A DNA stretch of 64,000 bases from the NCBI GenBank assembly GCA_033582675.1, contig JAVQZY010000017.1, positions 26,405-90,404 of the forward strand, written 5' to 3'. Of the stretch, positions 32,339 through 45,274 are shown piece by piece. Source of the DNA: Burkholderiales bacterium. Lineage in GTDB: Bacteria > Pseudomonadota > Gammaproteobacteria > Burkholderiales > SG8-39. Every line of letters starts with the position of its first letter. The stretch's first letter is position 1. The notes under the pieces are model-generated. The model had not been told where the DNA came from and searched no databases. It worked only from the letters and a program-made list of their open reading frames with translations. A program made the translations under genes and the position numbers.

Positions 32339-33527
32339 CTAGGCGCTCACGTCGAGCTTGATGTCGCTGAAGGAAGCGCCGCCCGCGCCGCCGAGCAACC
32401 CTCCCTTCTTTTCCTCGCGCGGCGGCGCGCTCGCCGCCGGCGGCGTCTGTCCGGAAATCTGGCCGGCGGTCGCCTGGTTGATCAGCCACAGCATGTTGGT
32501 CGCCGAGTCGGCGTTTGCGAGCGCCTCCTCCTGCGAGATGTGGCCGTCCATGAACAGCTTGAACAGCGCCTGCTCGAAGGTCTGGGAGCCCGGCGCCATG
32601 CTTTTTTCCATCGCTTCCTTGATCTCGTTGATCTCGCCTTTTTCGATCAGCTCGGCCACATGCCGCGTGTTGAGCAACACCTCGACCGCCGCCTTGAGCG
32701 TGCCCGTCTTGGTGCGCACCAGCCGTTGCGAGACGATCGCCTGCAGCGACGCCGAGAGGTCGAGGAGCAGCGTCGAACGGTTCTCCAGCGGGATAGAACG
32801 AGATGATCCGGTTCATCGCGTGATAGCTGTTGTTCGCGTGCAGCGTGGCGAGCGTCAGATGCCCCGATTGCGCGTACTGCAGCGCCATCGTCATCGTCGC
32901 CCGGTCGCGGATCTCGCCGATCAGGATGCAGTCGGGCGCCTGGCGCAGCGCGTTCTTCAGCGCGATCTCCAACGCCTTGGTGTCGGTGCCGACCTCGCGC
33001 TGGTTGACGATCGACTTCTTGTTCTTGAAGACGTATTCGATCGGGTCCTCGAGCGTCAGGATGTGTCCCGATGTTCGCTCGTTGCGGTAGTCGAGCATCG
33101 CCGCGAGCGACGTGGACTTGCCCGAACCGGTCGCGCCGACCATCAGGATCAACCCGCGCTTCTGCATGATGATTTCCTTCAGCACCTCGGGAAGCCCGAG
33201 CGAGTCAAGCGGCGGGATCTCGGCCGGGATGTAGCGCACCGCCACCGCGGGCGCTCCCTTCTGGCGGAACGCGCTGATGCGGAACGAACCGACACCCTCG
33301 AGCGCGTAGGCAATGTTCAGCTCCAGCTCCTCCTCGTACGCGCGGATCTGCCGCTCGCTGAGCACCTCGTAGAGGAGCTGGCGCACCGCGTCGGCGGTCA
33401 GCACCGTCTGATTGACCGGCATCGCGACGCCGTTGATCTTGATGTGGATCGGCGAACCGACCGAGAGGAAGATGTCGGAGGCCTTCTTTTCGGCCATCAG
33501 ACGGAACAGCCGCTTCATCGCTGACAT
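32339..33527 (-). CDS. PilT/PilU-family type IV pilus ATPase (PilU-like), frameshift near 32790
   Basis: ASDIFLSVGSP, GATGSGKST, TLEDPIE, NQREVG, LRQAPD.ILIGEIRD, GHL.LATLHAN; lacks the PilT AIRNLIRE motif. Confidence 0.9.
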
Positions 33528-33552
33528 GACGTCCTCCGCCGCGCGCGCCGCG

Positions 33553-34380
33553 CTAATCGCCGCGCAACAGCTCGTTCAGGCTGGTCTTCGCCCGGGTCTT
33601 CGCGTCCACCTTCTTCACGATCACCGCGCAGTAGAGCGCGTAGCGTCCGTCGGGCGCCGGCAGCGTGCCGGGCACCACCACCGAGCCGGCCGGCACGCGA
33701 CCGTAGAGCACCGTGCCGGTCTCGCGGTCGTAGATGCGCGTGCTCGCGCCGAGGTACACGCCCATCGAGATCACGCTGTTTTCCTCGACGATCACGCCTT
33801 CGACGATCTCCGAGCGCGCGCCGATGAAGCAGTTGTCCTCGACGATCACCGGGTTCGCCTGCAGCGGTTCGAGCACCCCGCCGATGCCGACGCCGCCCGA
33901 CAGGTGCACGTTCCTGCCGATCTGCGCGCACGAACCGACCGTCGCCCAGGTGTCCACCATCGTGCCTTCGTCGACGTAGGCGCCGATGTTGACGTAGCAG
34001 GGCATCAGCACCGCGTTTTTCGCCACGTAGGCGCCGCGGCGCACGACCGCGGGCGGCACGACGCGCACGCCAGCGGCGGCGAAGCGCCCGGCGTCGTAAT
34101 CGGCGAACTTCGCCGCGACCTTGTCGTAATAATTCGTCCACCCCCCCGGCACGAGCCGGTTGTCGTACAGGCGGAACGACAGCAACACCGCCTTCTTGAG
34201 CCACTGGTGCGTGACCCAACCCGCGGCCGTTTTTTCCGCGACGCGCAGCCGCCCCGCATCGAGCGCCGCGATCGCGGTTTCGACCGCGTCGCGCACCTCG
34301 GCCGACACAACGGCGGGCGACAGCTCGGCGCGCCTTTCCCACGCCTGTTCGATCACGTTCCGGGCGGCGGCGAACGACAT
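33553..34380 (-). CDS. dapD: Tetrahydrodipicolinate N-succinyltransferase
   Basis: [41 protein letters not shown]. Confidence 0.98.
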   Translation of the reverse strand: MSFAAARNVIEQAWERRAELSPAVVSAEVRDAVETAIAALDAGRLRVAEKTAAGWVTHQWLKKAVLLSFRLYDNRLVPGGWTNYYDKVAAKFADYDAGRFAAAGVRVVPPAVVRRGAYVAKNAVLMPCYVNIGAYVDEGTMVDTWATVGSCAQIGRNVHLSGGVGIGGVLEPLQANPVIVEDNCFIGARSEIVEGVIVEENSVISMGVYLGASTRIYDRETGTVLYGRVPAGSVVVPGTLPAPDGRYALYCAVIVKKVDAKTRAKTSLNELLRGD

Positions 34381-35573
34381 CAGATTCGGGCGGCGAACTC
34401 GTTCATGCGGGCGAGCGCTTCGACGCAGTCGGCGAGCGGCGCGACGAGCGCCGCGCGCACGTAGCCGCGTCCGGGATTCGCGCCGTGCGCCTCCCGCGCG
34501 AGGAAGCTGCCCGGCAGCACGAGAACATTATAGTGACGGTACAGCTCGCGCGCGAACTCGGCGTCGTCGCCCGGCACGCGCAGCCACAGGTAGAACGCGC
34601 CCGCGGGGCGATGCGCCGCGAGCGGCGGCCTGAGCGCCGCGAACGCCGCATCGAACTTCTGCGCGTACAGCCGCCGGTTCTCGCGCACGTGCGTTTCGTC
34701 GTTCCACGCCGCGATCGAGGCGCGCTGCACCGCAAGGCTCATCGCCGAGCCGTGATAGGTGCGATAGCGCAAAAACGCCGCGAGCAGCCGCGCGTCGCCG
34801 GCGACGAACCCCGAGCGCAGGCCGGGCGCGTTCGAGCGCTTCGACAGGCTCGAGAACACCGCAAGGCGCGGATAACCGCGCCGACCGAGCTGCGCCGCCG
34901 CCGCGAGCGCCCCGAGCGGCGGCCGCTCTTCGTCCGCATAGATCTCCGAGTAGCACTCGTCGGCGGCGACGACGAAGCCGTAGCGGTCCGACAGCCCGAA
35001 GATCTCGCGCCAGTCGTCCAGACCGAGCACCGTGCCGCTCGGATTGGCCGGGGAACACACGTAGAGCAGCTTCACCGCGCGCCAGGTGTCGGCCTCGAGC
35101 GCCGCGAGATCCATGCGGAACCCGTTCGCTGCGACCGTGTTCAGGAACACCGGCTGTGCGCCGGCGAGCAGCGCCGCGCCCTCGTAGATCTGGTAGAAGG
35201 GGTTCGGGCAGGCGACGCGCGCGCGGCCGCCGTCGGGATCGACCACCGCCTGCGCGAACGCGAACAGCGCCTCGCGCGAGCCGTTCGCTGGCAACACCTC
35301 GGTCTCCGGATCGACGGTGGCCGGCGCGTGGCGGCGCGCGATCCAGGCGGCGATCGCCTCGCGCAGCTCGCGCGTGCCCGCGGTACGCGGGTACGTCGCC
35401 AGGCCGTCGAGCGCCGCCGCGAGCGCGGTCTTGACGAGGGCCGGCGTCGGATGCTGCGGCTCGCCGATCGACAGATCGAGGCGCGCGAACGCGGCGTTCG
35501 GCGCGACGCCGGCAACGAGCGCCCGCAGGCGGTCGAACGGGTAGGGCTGCAGCCGTGCGAGCAGCGGATTCAC
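34380..35573 (-). CDS. dapC: Succinyldiaminopimelate transaminase
   Basis: [54 protein letters not shown]. Confidence 0.95.
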   Translation of the reverse strand: MNPLLARLQPYPFDRLRALVAGVAPNAAFARLDLSIGEPQHPTPALVKTALAAALDGLATYPRTAGTRELREAIAAWIARRHAPATVDPETEVLPANGSREALFAFAQAVVDPDGGRARVACPNPFYQIYEGAALLAGAQPVFLNTVAANGFRMDLAALEADTWRAVKLLYVCSPANPSGTVLGLDDWREIFGLSDRYGFVVAADECYSEIYADEERPPLGALAAAAQLGRRGYPRLAVFSSLSKRSNAPGLRSGFVAGDARLLAAFLRYRTYHGSAMSLAVQRASIAAWNDETHVRENRRLYAQKFDAAFAALRPPLAAHRPAGAFYLWLRVPGDDAEFARELYRHYNVLVLPGSFLAREAHGANPGRGYVRAALVAPLADCVEALARMNEFAARI

Positions 35574-35592
35574 CGGGCCGGTCGCTCCGCGC

Positions 35593-35967
35593 TCACGCCG
35601 CCGGCTTCCAGCCGCGCTTGCGGTATTCGGCGATCACCGACGTGGCGATGCCGCCGCGCACGTTGAACCGCGCCACCAGACGCATGTAGCGCGGCCGCGT
35701 CGCCGCCACCAGATCGTCGAGGATGCGGTTGGTGACCGCCTCGTGGAACGTGCCGGTGTCGCGCCAGGACCAGACGTAGAGCTTCAGCGATTTCAGCTCC
35801 ACGCACAGCCGGTCGGGGACGTACTCGAGCTCGAGCGTGGCGAAATCCGGCTGCCCGGTCATCGGACACAGGCAGGTGAACTCCGGGATCTCCATGCGGA
35901 TGCGATAGTCGCGTTCGGGCGCCGGATTGGCGAACGTCTGCAGGCGCCGGCTCGGCTTCGAAGGCAT
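35593..35967 (-). CDS. queF: preQ1 synthase (7-cyano-7-deazaguanine reductase, short form)
   Basis: [32 protein letters not shown]. Confidence 0.95.
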   Translation of the reverse strand: MPSKPSRRLQTFANPAPERDYRIRMEIPEFTCLCPMTGQPDFATLELEYVPDRLCVELKSLKLYVWSWRDTGTFHEAVTNRILDDLVAATRPRYMRLVARFNVRGGIATSVIAEYRKRGWKPAA

Positions 35968-36037
35968 GCGGCGACTCGGTGCGCGGCGAGAGTGCGAAGG
36001 CGCAGATGGTATCATCCCCGAAAACGCGACACCGTCC

Positions 36038-39000
36038 GTGCGTCTCACCCAGATCAGGCTGTCCGGCTTCAAGTCGTTCGTCGATCCGACCGTCATCCAC
36101 CTGCCCGGCAACCTCGTCGGCGTCGTCGGTCCGAACGGCTGCGGCAAGTCGAACGTGATCGACGCGGTGCGCTGGGTGCTCGGGGAGATGCGCGCCGCCG
36201 CGCTGCGCGGCGACTCGATGCAGGACGTGATCTTCAACGGCGCGGCGAACCGTCAGCCGCTTGCGCGCGCCGCCGTCGAGCTGCTGTTCGACAATTCGCT
36301 CGGACGCATCGGCGGGCCGTGGTCGCGCTACGCCGAGATCTCCGTCAAGCGCGTGATCCAGCGCGACGGCGAGTCGTCGTACTTCATCAACGGCACGCCG
36401 GTGCGCCGGCGCGACGTCACCGACATGTTCCTCGGGACCGGGCTCGGGCCGCGCGCCTACGCGATCATCGAACAGGGCACCATCTCGCGCGTGATCGAGG
36501 CGCGGCCCGAGGAGCTGCGCGTGTTCCTGGAGGAGGCCGCCGGCGTGTCGCGCTACCGCGAGCGACGCAAGGAGACCGAGCGCCGGCTCGCCGACACGCG
36601 CGAGAACCTCGCGCGCGTGAGCGACGTCCGCGCCGAACTCGGGGCGCAGATCGAGAAGCTCGAGGCGCAGGCGAAAGTCGCCGCGCGCTACCGCGAACTG
36701 CAACAGGAGCTGCGCGACAAGCAACAGCTGCTGTGGTACCTGCGCCGGCGCGACGCCGCCGCCGAGCGTGCGCGCCATGCGGAGGCGATCGCGCGCACCG
36801 AAGCGGCGCTCGAGGCCGAGACCGCACAGTTGCGCGCGCGTCGAAGGGCGCCTTGCGCAGGCGCGCAGCGCGCACGACGAGGCCGCCGAGCGCCTGAACG
36901 CCGCCCAAGCCGCGCTCTACGCCGCGAACGCCGAAGTCGCGCGGCACGAAGCGGAGCTGCGCCACGCCGAAGCCGCGCGCGAGAGCCTCGCGGCGCGGCG
37001 CCGCGAGCGCCGCGCGCAGCTCGACGGCTGGCGCGAGCAGCGCGCGCAGCTCACGCAGTCGTTACACGCCTGGGTCGCGCGCCACGCCGAGCGGCGCGCC
37101 TCGGCGGCGCGCGCCGCCGAGGCGAGCGCGGCCGAAGCCGGCCGCCTGCCGCAGGCCGAGCAAGCGTACCGCACGGCGCAGGAGCGACTCGCGGCCGCGC
37201 GCGCCGCGCTCGCCGGCGAAGAGGGCGCCGCGCAGCTCGAAGAGCAGGCCGCGGTGCACCTGCGCCGCGCGCTCGAGTCGCTCGAGGCGCGTCGCGCGCG
37301 GCTGGCGGCCGAGCTCGCGGAACTCGTCGAGCCGCCGGGCGACGCGATCGCCGAAAGCGAAGCGCGGATCGCCGCGCTCGGGGCGGCGATCGCCGAGGCG
37401 CAGCGCGCCCTCGAGCAAGCGCAGCGGGAAGCCGCCGCCGCCGAGGACGCCAAGGCGCAGGCGGCGCGCGCGCTCGAGCAGGCGGTGCGGGCGCACGCCG
37501 CCGCCGCCGCGCAGCGCGACACGCTCGTGCAGGTCCAGGCGCAAGCGGAGGCGAACGCGCCGCTCGCCGAGTGGCTCGAACGCAAGGGCCTTGCGGCGTT
37601 GCCACGCCTGTGGCAGCGCATCCGCATCGAGCCCGGCTGGGAGACGGCCGTCGAGTCGGTGCTGCGCGAGCGCATGCACGCGCTCGAAGCGAGCGAGCGG
37701 GCGGCGCTCCCGGCCCTCGGCGACGAGGCGCCCCCGGTCAAGGCGAGCTTCTACGCACGCAGCGACCTACCGGCGCCGGTGCCGCCCGCCGCCTCGCTCG
37801 CGGCGAAGGTGCATTGCGCCGATCCGGCGCTCGCGCACGCGGTCGGCGAATGGCTCGCCGGAGCGATCGCCTGCGAGGGCCGACCGGACGAGAGCGCGCT
37901 CGCGGCGCTCGCCCCCGGCTCGTTCTACGTCGACCCGGGCGGGCCATCGATTCACCGCGCACACGCTCGCACTGTACGCGCCCGATGCGGCCGACGCCGG
38001 CATGCTCGCGCGTCAGGCCGAGATCGACGCGCTCGAGGGCCGCGTCGCCGACCTCGCGCGCGCGGTGCAGGACGCACGCGCACACCATGCGGCCTGCGAC
38101 GCTGCGCTCGCCGAGCGGCTCGCGGCGCTCGAGCGCGCGCGCGCGCGCATCGCCGAACGCGAGCGCGAGCGGCACGCGGCCGAAATTGCGGCGCTCACGC
38201 TACGCCAGGCGCTCGAGCGCTGGCGCGAGCGCAGCGCGCAGATCCGCCGCGAGCTCGGCGAAATCGCCGAAGCGCGCGCAGCCGACGAAGCGCGCCTTGC
38301 CGCCGCCGGTGCGGCGCTCGAACGCCTTGCCGCGAGCATCGCGACCGCGCGCGCCGCGCTCGGCGAGGCGCAGGCGGCGTACGACGCCGCCGCGGCGGAG
38401 CTCGCCGAGCAGCGCGAGCGCACCGCCTCCGCCGAGCGCGCCGCGCAGGAGGCGCGCTTTGCCGAGCGCGAGGCAGCGGCCAAGATCGGCGAGCTGGACC
38501 GCGCGGTCAAGCTGATCGACGCGCAGATCGCCAGCGCCGAGGCCGAAGTCGCGCGGTTCGACGCCGAGCTCGCGCGCGACCCGCTTCCCGCCTTGCGCGA
38601 AGCGCTCGTTGCCGCGGTCGAGGCGCGTCTGGCGCGCGAGCAGTCGCTCGCCGAGGCGCGCGAGGCGCTCGAGGCGGCCGCTGCGCAGCTGCGCGCCCTG
38701 GACGAGGAGCGGCTGCGGCGGCAGGCCGCGTGCGCGCCCGCTGCGCGCGAGTCTCGAAGAGTTGCGCCTGAAAGAGCAGGCCGCGCGCCTTGCGCTCGAG
38801 CAGTTCGCGGCGCAGCTCGCCGAGTCGGGCGCCGACGAAGCACGGCTTGCGCAGGCCGAAGCGGCGGCGCCGCGGCCGGCGAGCCTGCAAACCGAAATCG
38901 CGCAGGCGTCGCAGGCGCTCGCCGAGCTCGGCGCAGTCAACCTCGCGGCGCTCGAGGAGCTCGCCGCCGGCGCGCGAGCGCAAGCAGTTCCTCGACGCGC

Positions 39001-39550
39001 AGTGCGCGGACCTCGAAGAAGCGGCGAAGACGCTCGAGGATGCGATCCGGCGCATCGACCGCGAAAACGCGCGAGCGGCTGCGCGAGACGTTCGATGCGG
39101 TCAACGGCCATTTCGGCGCGCTGTTTCCGCAGCTCTTCGGCGGCGGCGAGGCGCGGCTCGTGCTGAGCGGCGAGGAGATTCTCGACGCCGGCGTGCAGGT
39201 CGTCGCGCAGCCGCCGGGCAAGCGCAACAGCACGATTCACCTTCTTTCCGGCGGCGAGAAGGCGCTCACCGCGATCGCGCTGGTGTTCGCGCTGTTTCAG
39301 CTCAATCCGGCGCCTTTCTGCCTGCTCGACGAGGTGGATGCGCCGCTCGACGACGCGAACACGCTGCGCTTCTGCGAACTCGTGAAGCGCATGTCGGCGC
39401 AGACGCAGTTCGTGTTCGTCACGCACAACAAGATCACGATGGAGATGGCGAGCCATCTTGTCGGCGTGACGATGCCGGAATCGGGCGTCGCGCGTGGTCG
39501 CGGTCGACGTCGCCGAGGCGCTGCGCATACGCGAGGAGCTGGCGGCGTGA
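36038..39550 (+). CDS. smc: Chromosome segregation protein SMC, several frameshifts
   Basis: [16 protein letters not shown], long coiled coil, [31 protein letters not shown]. Confidence 0.96.
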
Positions 39551-39575
39551 GCGGGGCGCGTGCGCCGCGCACACG

Positions 39576-40553
39576 ATGAGCGAGCTGCAGCTCGGCCTGC
39601 TCGCGATCGGCGCGCTCCTGATCGTCGGCGTGTTCGCCTACAACCGTCTGCAGGAGCGGCGCGCGCGCGCCGCCGCGCAGCGCGCGTTCCCGCCGCCCTC
39701 GCCCGACGTGCTGATGGGCGAGGGCGCGCCGCGGCCGGAGGCGGCTTCGCCCGCGCGCGCGGCGCGCGAGCCGGCCGCCGCCCCCGATGCGCGCCTCGAC
39801 TACGTGATCGAGCTGCGGCCGCGCGTGCGGCCGCCCGCGGCGGCGGTCGAGGAGCACTGGCGTCCGATCGCGCGCCGCCATGCGCCGCGCGCTTCGCTCG
39901 CCGGTCCCGACGCCGAGGGCGTCTGGCGCGCCGGGCTGCAGCTCGTTTCGCGCGCCGGCACCGTCGGCGAGGCCGAGCTGATCGAATTCCGCGCCGCGGT
40001 GGAGACGATGGCGTCGGCGCTCGGTGCCGCGGTGAGCGCGCCAGAGATGAAGGCCGCGATGGAGCGGGCGCGCGCGCTCGATGCGCTCTGCGCCGACGCC
40101 GACATTCAGGTGGTGCTGCACGTCGTCGCGCGACCGGGCGGCGCGCTCGCCGGCTCGACGATCGCCGCGGCGGCCGGCGCCGCCGGGCTTTCGCTCGCCG
40201 CCGACGGGCGCTTCGTGCAGCGCTCGGCGGACGAGCGCGTGGTGCTCGCCCTCGCCGCGCGCGACGGCGCGCCGTTCGACGCCGCCCGTCTGCCGGAGAC
40301 GGCGTATCCGGCGGTGTCGCTCGCGCTCGAGGTGCCGCACGCCGCCGACACGCGCGGCGCCTTCGAGGCGATGGTACGGCTTGCGCGCGAGCTCGCCGGC
40401 GCCTGCGGCGGCGAACTGGTCGACGACCGCGGCCGGGCGCTCGGCGAGCCGGCGCTCGCCGCGATCGCCGCGCGGCTCGATCAGGTGCGCGCGGCGCTCG
40501 CCGCGCACGGGGTGGCGCCGGGCGGCGCGCTCGCGGCGCGGCTCTTCGCGTAG
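39576..40553 (+). CDS. zipA: ZipA-like cell division protein (N-terminal TM, C-terminal FtsZ-binding-type domain)
   Basis: [19 protein letters not shown], Pro-rich linker, [25 protein letters not shown]; smc-zipA-ligA synteny. Confidence 0.82.
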   Translation: MSELQLGLLAIGALLIVGVFAYNRLQERRARAAAQRAFPPPSPDVLMGEGAPRPEAASPARAAREPAAAPDARLDYVIELRPRVRPPAAAVEEHWRPIARRHAPRASLAGPDAEGVWRAGLQLVSRAGTVGEAELIEFRAAVETMASALGAAVSAPEMKAAMERARALDALCADADIQVVLHVVARPGGALAGSTIAAAAGAAGLSLAADGRFVQRSADERVVLALAARDGAPFDAARLPETAYPAVSLALEVPHAADTRGAFEAMVRLARELAGACGGELVDDRGRALGEPALAAIAARLDQVRAALAAHGVAPGGALAARLFA

Positions 40554-42582
<2,029 letters not shown>

Positions 42583-42586
42583 ACGC

Positions 42587-43459
42587 ATGCCCGCCGCGAT
42601 CCGCAAGGCGGTCTTTCCGGTGGCCGGGCTCGGCACGCGGTTCCTGCCGGCGACCAAGGCGAGTCCGAAGGAAATGCTGCCGGTGGTCGACAAGCCGCTC
42701 ATTCAGTACGCGGTGGAAGAGGCGGCCGCCGCCGGTATCACCGACATGATCTTCGTCACCGGCCGGAACAAGCGCGCGATCGAGGATCACTTCGACCGCG
42801 TGCCCGAGCTGGAAGCGAAACTCGCGGCCGGCCAGCCTGCGCTGCTCGATCTGGTTCTCGACGTGCTGCCGCGCGGCTGCCGCTGCATCTACATCCGCCA
42901 GAGCGATCCCCTCGGGCTCGGGCATGCGGTGCTCTGCGCGCGCCCGGCGATCGGCGACGAACCGTTCGCCGTGCTGCTAGCCGACGATCTGATGGTGGGC
43001 GAGCCGCCGGCCTGCGTGCAGCTCGCCGCGCGCTTTCGCGACGAGGGCTGCTCGATCCTCGGTGTCGAGGAGGTGCCCCGCGAACGCACCGGCGCCTACG
43101 GCATCGTCAGCCCGCTCGACCCCGAGGCGCAAGTGACGCCGATCCGCGCGATCGTGGAGAAGCCGGCGCCGGCCGAAGCGCCTTCCACCCTCGCGGTGAT
43201 CGGCCGCTACATCCTCACCCCGGCTGTCTTTCCCTTGCTCGAGACGGTTCCGCCCGGCCGCGGCGGCGAAATCCAGCTCACCGACGCGATCGCCGGGCTG
43301 CTCGCGCGCGAGCGCGTGCTCGCTATGCGGCTCGACGCGCAGCGCTACGATTGCGGCTCGAAGCTCGGCTATCTTCAGGCGACCGTGGAACTCGGGCTCC
43401 GGCACCCTGAGGTCGGCGCGCAATTCGCCGCGTACCTCGCGCGGCGCGACTGGCGATGA
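42587..43459 (+). CDS. galU: UTP--glucose-1-phosphate uridylyltransferase
   Basis: [51 protein letters not shown]. Confidence 0.97.
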   Translation: MPAAIRKAVFPVAGLGTRFLPATKASPKEMLPVVDKPLIQYAVEEAAAAGITDMIFVTGRNKRAIEDHFDRVPELEAKLAAGQPALLDLVLDVLPRGCRCIYIRQSDPLGLGHAVLCARPAIGDEPFAVLLADDLMVGEPPACVQLAARFRDEGCSILGVEEVPRERTGAYGIVSPLDPEAQVTPIRAIVEKPAPAEAPSTLAVIGRYILTPAVFPLLETVPPGRGGEIQLTDAIAGLLARERVLAMRLDAQRYDCGSKLGYLQATVELGLRHPEVGAQFAAYLARRDWR

Positions 43460-44007
43460 CACCGGACGCGGCGGCGGCGTGGCGATTTCTCGAGCGCTCC
43501 GATCTGGTGTGCGCGGCGCACGAGGTCGAGCAGGCGATCGCGCGCCTTGCGCGCGAGATCGAAGCGCGGCTGGCCGACGCCTATCCGCTCGTGCTGGTGG
43601 TGATGGGCGGTGCGATCGTGTTCGCCGGGCAGCTTCTGCCGCGGCTGCGCTTTCCGCTCGACCTCGACTACATCCACGCGACCCGCTACGGCGCGCAGAC
43701 GGACGGCGGCGGGGTCGCCTGGCGGATCGAGCCGCCGCCGACCGTGCGCGGACGCGCGGTGCTCGTGCTGGACGACATCCTCGACGGCGGACAGACGCTG
43801 CACGCGATCCGCACGCGGGTGCTTGAGCTCGGGGCGGCGAGCTGCCACTGCGCGGTGCTCGTCGAAAAGCGCCGGGCGGCGCCGCGGCCGATCGCGGCCG
43901 ACTTCGTGGGCCTGTCGATCCCCGACCGGTTCGTTTTCGGTTGCGGCATGGACGCGAAAGGCTACTGGCGCAACCTGCCCGAGATCCGGGCGATGCGCGA
44001 GGACTGA
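43456..44007 (+). CDS. hpt: Hypoxanthine-guanine phosphoribosyltransferase
   Basis: [29 protein letters not shown] motif, [12 protein letters not shown]. Confidence 0.9.
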   Translation: MTPDAAAAWRFLERSDLVCAAHEVEQAIARLAREIEARLADAYPLVLVVMGGAIVFAGQLLPRLRFPLDLDYIHATRYGAQTDGGGVAWRIEPPPTVRGRAVLVLDDILDGGQTLHAIRTRVLELGAASCHCAVLVEKRRAAPRPIAADFVGLSIPDRFVFGCGMDAKGYWRNLPEIRAMRED

Positions 44008-44744
44008 TGCTCGCGATCATCGGCGGCAGCGGCCTGTCGCGCCTCGCCACGCTCGAAGGCGAGCGCCGGCAGGCGGTGCGCACGCCCTACGGCGAGCCCT
44101 CCGGACCGCTCACCTTCGGCCGCATCCGGGGCCGCGACGTCGTGTTCCTCGCGCGGCACGGCTACGGCCACACGATCGCGCCGCACCGGGTGAACTATCG
44201 CGCCAACATCTGGGCGCTGAAGGAGCAGGGCGTCGAAGGCGTGATCTCGGTCGCCTCGGTCGGGGGCATCCGGGCCGAGTTCGGCCCCGGGACGCTCGTC
44301 ATACCGCACCAGATCATCGACTACACCTGGGGCCGCCGCAGCACGTTCTTCGACGGGCCCGGGGATCCGGTCGTGCACATCGACTTCACGGAACCGTATG
44401 CGCCGGCGCTGCGGGCGCGGCTGCTCGCGGCCGCGCGCGCCTGCGGCGAACCGGTGCACGACGGCGGCGTCTACGCCGCGACGCAGGGACCGCGCCTCGA
44501 GACCGCCGCCGAAATCGACCGGCTCGAGCGCGACGGTGCCGACATCGTCGGCATGACCGGCATGCCGGAAGCCGCGCTCGCGCGCGAGGCGGGGCTCGCG
44601 TACGCGGCGATCGCGGTGGTCGCCAACCACGCCGCCGGCCGCGGCACGAGCGCGCGCGGCATCGCGCTCGAGGCGATCGAGCGGGTACTGGAGGCTGCGA
44701 TGGCGCGGGTGCGACGCATCATCGAGGAAGTGGTGACGACATGA
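44007..44744 (+). CDS. S-methyl-5'-thioinosine/MTA phosphorylase (PNP/MTAP family)
   Basis: IIGGSG, TPYGEPS, LARHG..H...[35 protein letters not shown]. Confidence 0.92.
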   Translation: MLAIIGGSGLSRLATLEGERRQAVRTPYGEPSGPLTFGRIRGRDVVFLARHGYGHTIAPHRVNYRANIWALKEQGVEGVISVASVGGIRAEFGPGTLVIPHQIIDYTWGRRSTFFDGPGDPVVHIDFTEPYAPALRARLLAAARACGEPVHDGGVYAATQGPRLETAAEIDRLERDGADIVGMTGMPEAALAREAGLAYAAIAVVANHAAGRGTSARGIALEAIERVLEAAMARVRRIIEEVVTT

Positions 44745-45274
44745 TCCGAGAAGTGCTCAAGATGGGGGATCCGCGGCTGCTCATGCGCGCCGAACCGGTG
44801 CGCCGCTTCAGCACGCCGGAACTGGCGCAGCTGATAGTGGACATGCGCGATACGATGGCGCATCTGAACGGCGCCGGGCTCGCTGCGCCGCAGATCGGCG
44901 TTCCCTTGCGCGTCGTGATCTTCGGCGTACGCGCCGATCCGCGCTACCCCGGCATCGAGGAAGTACCCGACACGGTGCTGATCAACCCCGAGATCCGTCC
45001 GCTCTCGGACGAGATCGAGGAGGGCTGGGAAGGCTGCCTGTCGGTGCCGGGGCTGCGCGGCTGGGTGCCGCGCTGGCGGCGCATCCATTACGCCGGCTGC
45101 GACGCCGCCGGGCGGCGCTTCGAGCGCACAGTCGAGGGCTTTCACGCCCGCGTGGTGCAGCACGAGGTCGACCATCTCGACGGGATCCTCTATCCGATGC
45201 GCATCCGCGACTTCAGCCGTTTCGGCTTCACCGAGGCGCTGTTCCGCGGCGCAGCGCCGCCGCCTGAGGAGTAG
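44741..45274 (+). CDS. def: Peptide deformylase
   Basis: [27 protein letters not shown]. Confidence 0.96.
   Translation: MIREVLKMGDPRLLMRAEPVRRFSTPELAQLIVDMRDTMAHLNGAGLAAPQIGVPLRVVIFGVRADPRYPGIEEVPDTVLINPEIRPLSDEIEEGWEGCLSVPGLRGWVPRWRRIHYAGCDAAGRRFERTVEGFHARVVQHEVDHLDGILYPMRIRDFSRFGFTEALFRGAAPPPEE

Noticed and set aside
35968..36037. preQ1 riboswitch upstream of queF
   Set aside because: The region is short and lacks the preQ1 stem-loop with an A-rich tail.
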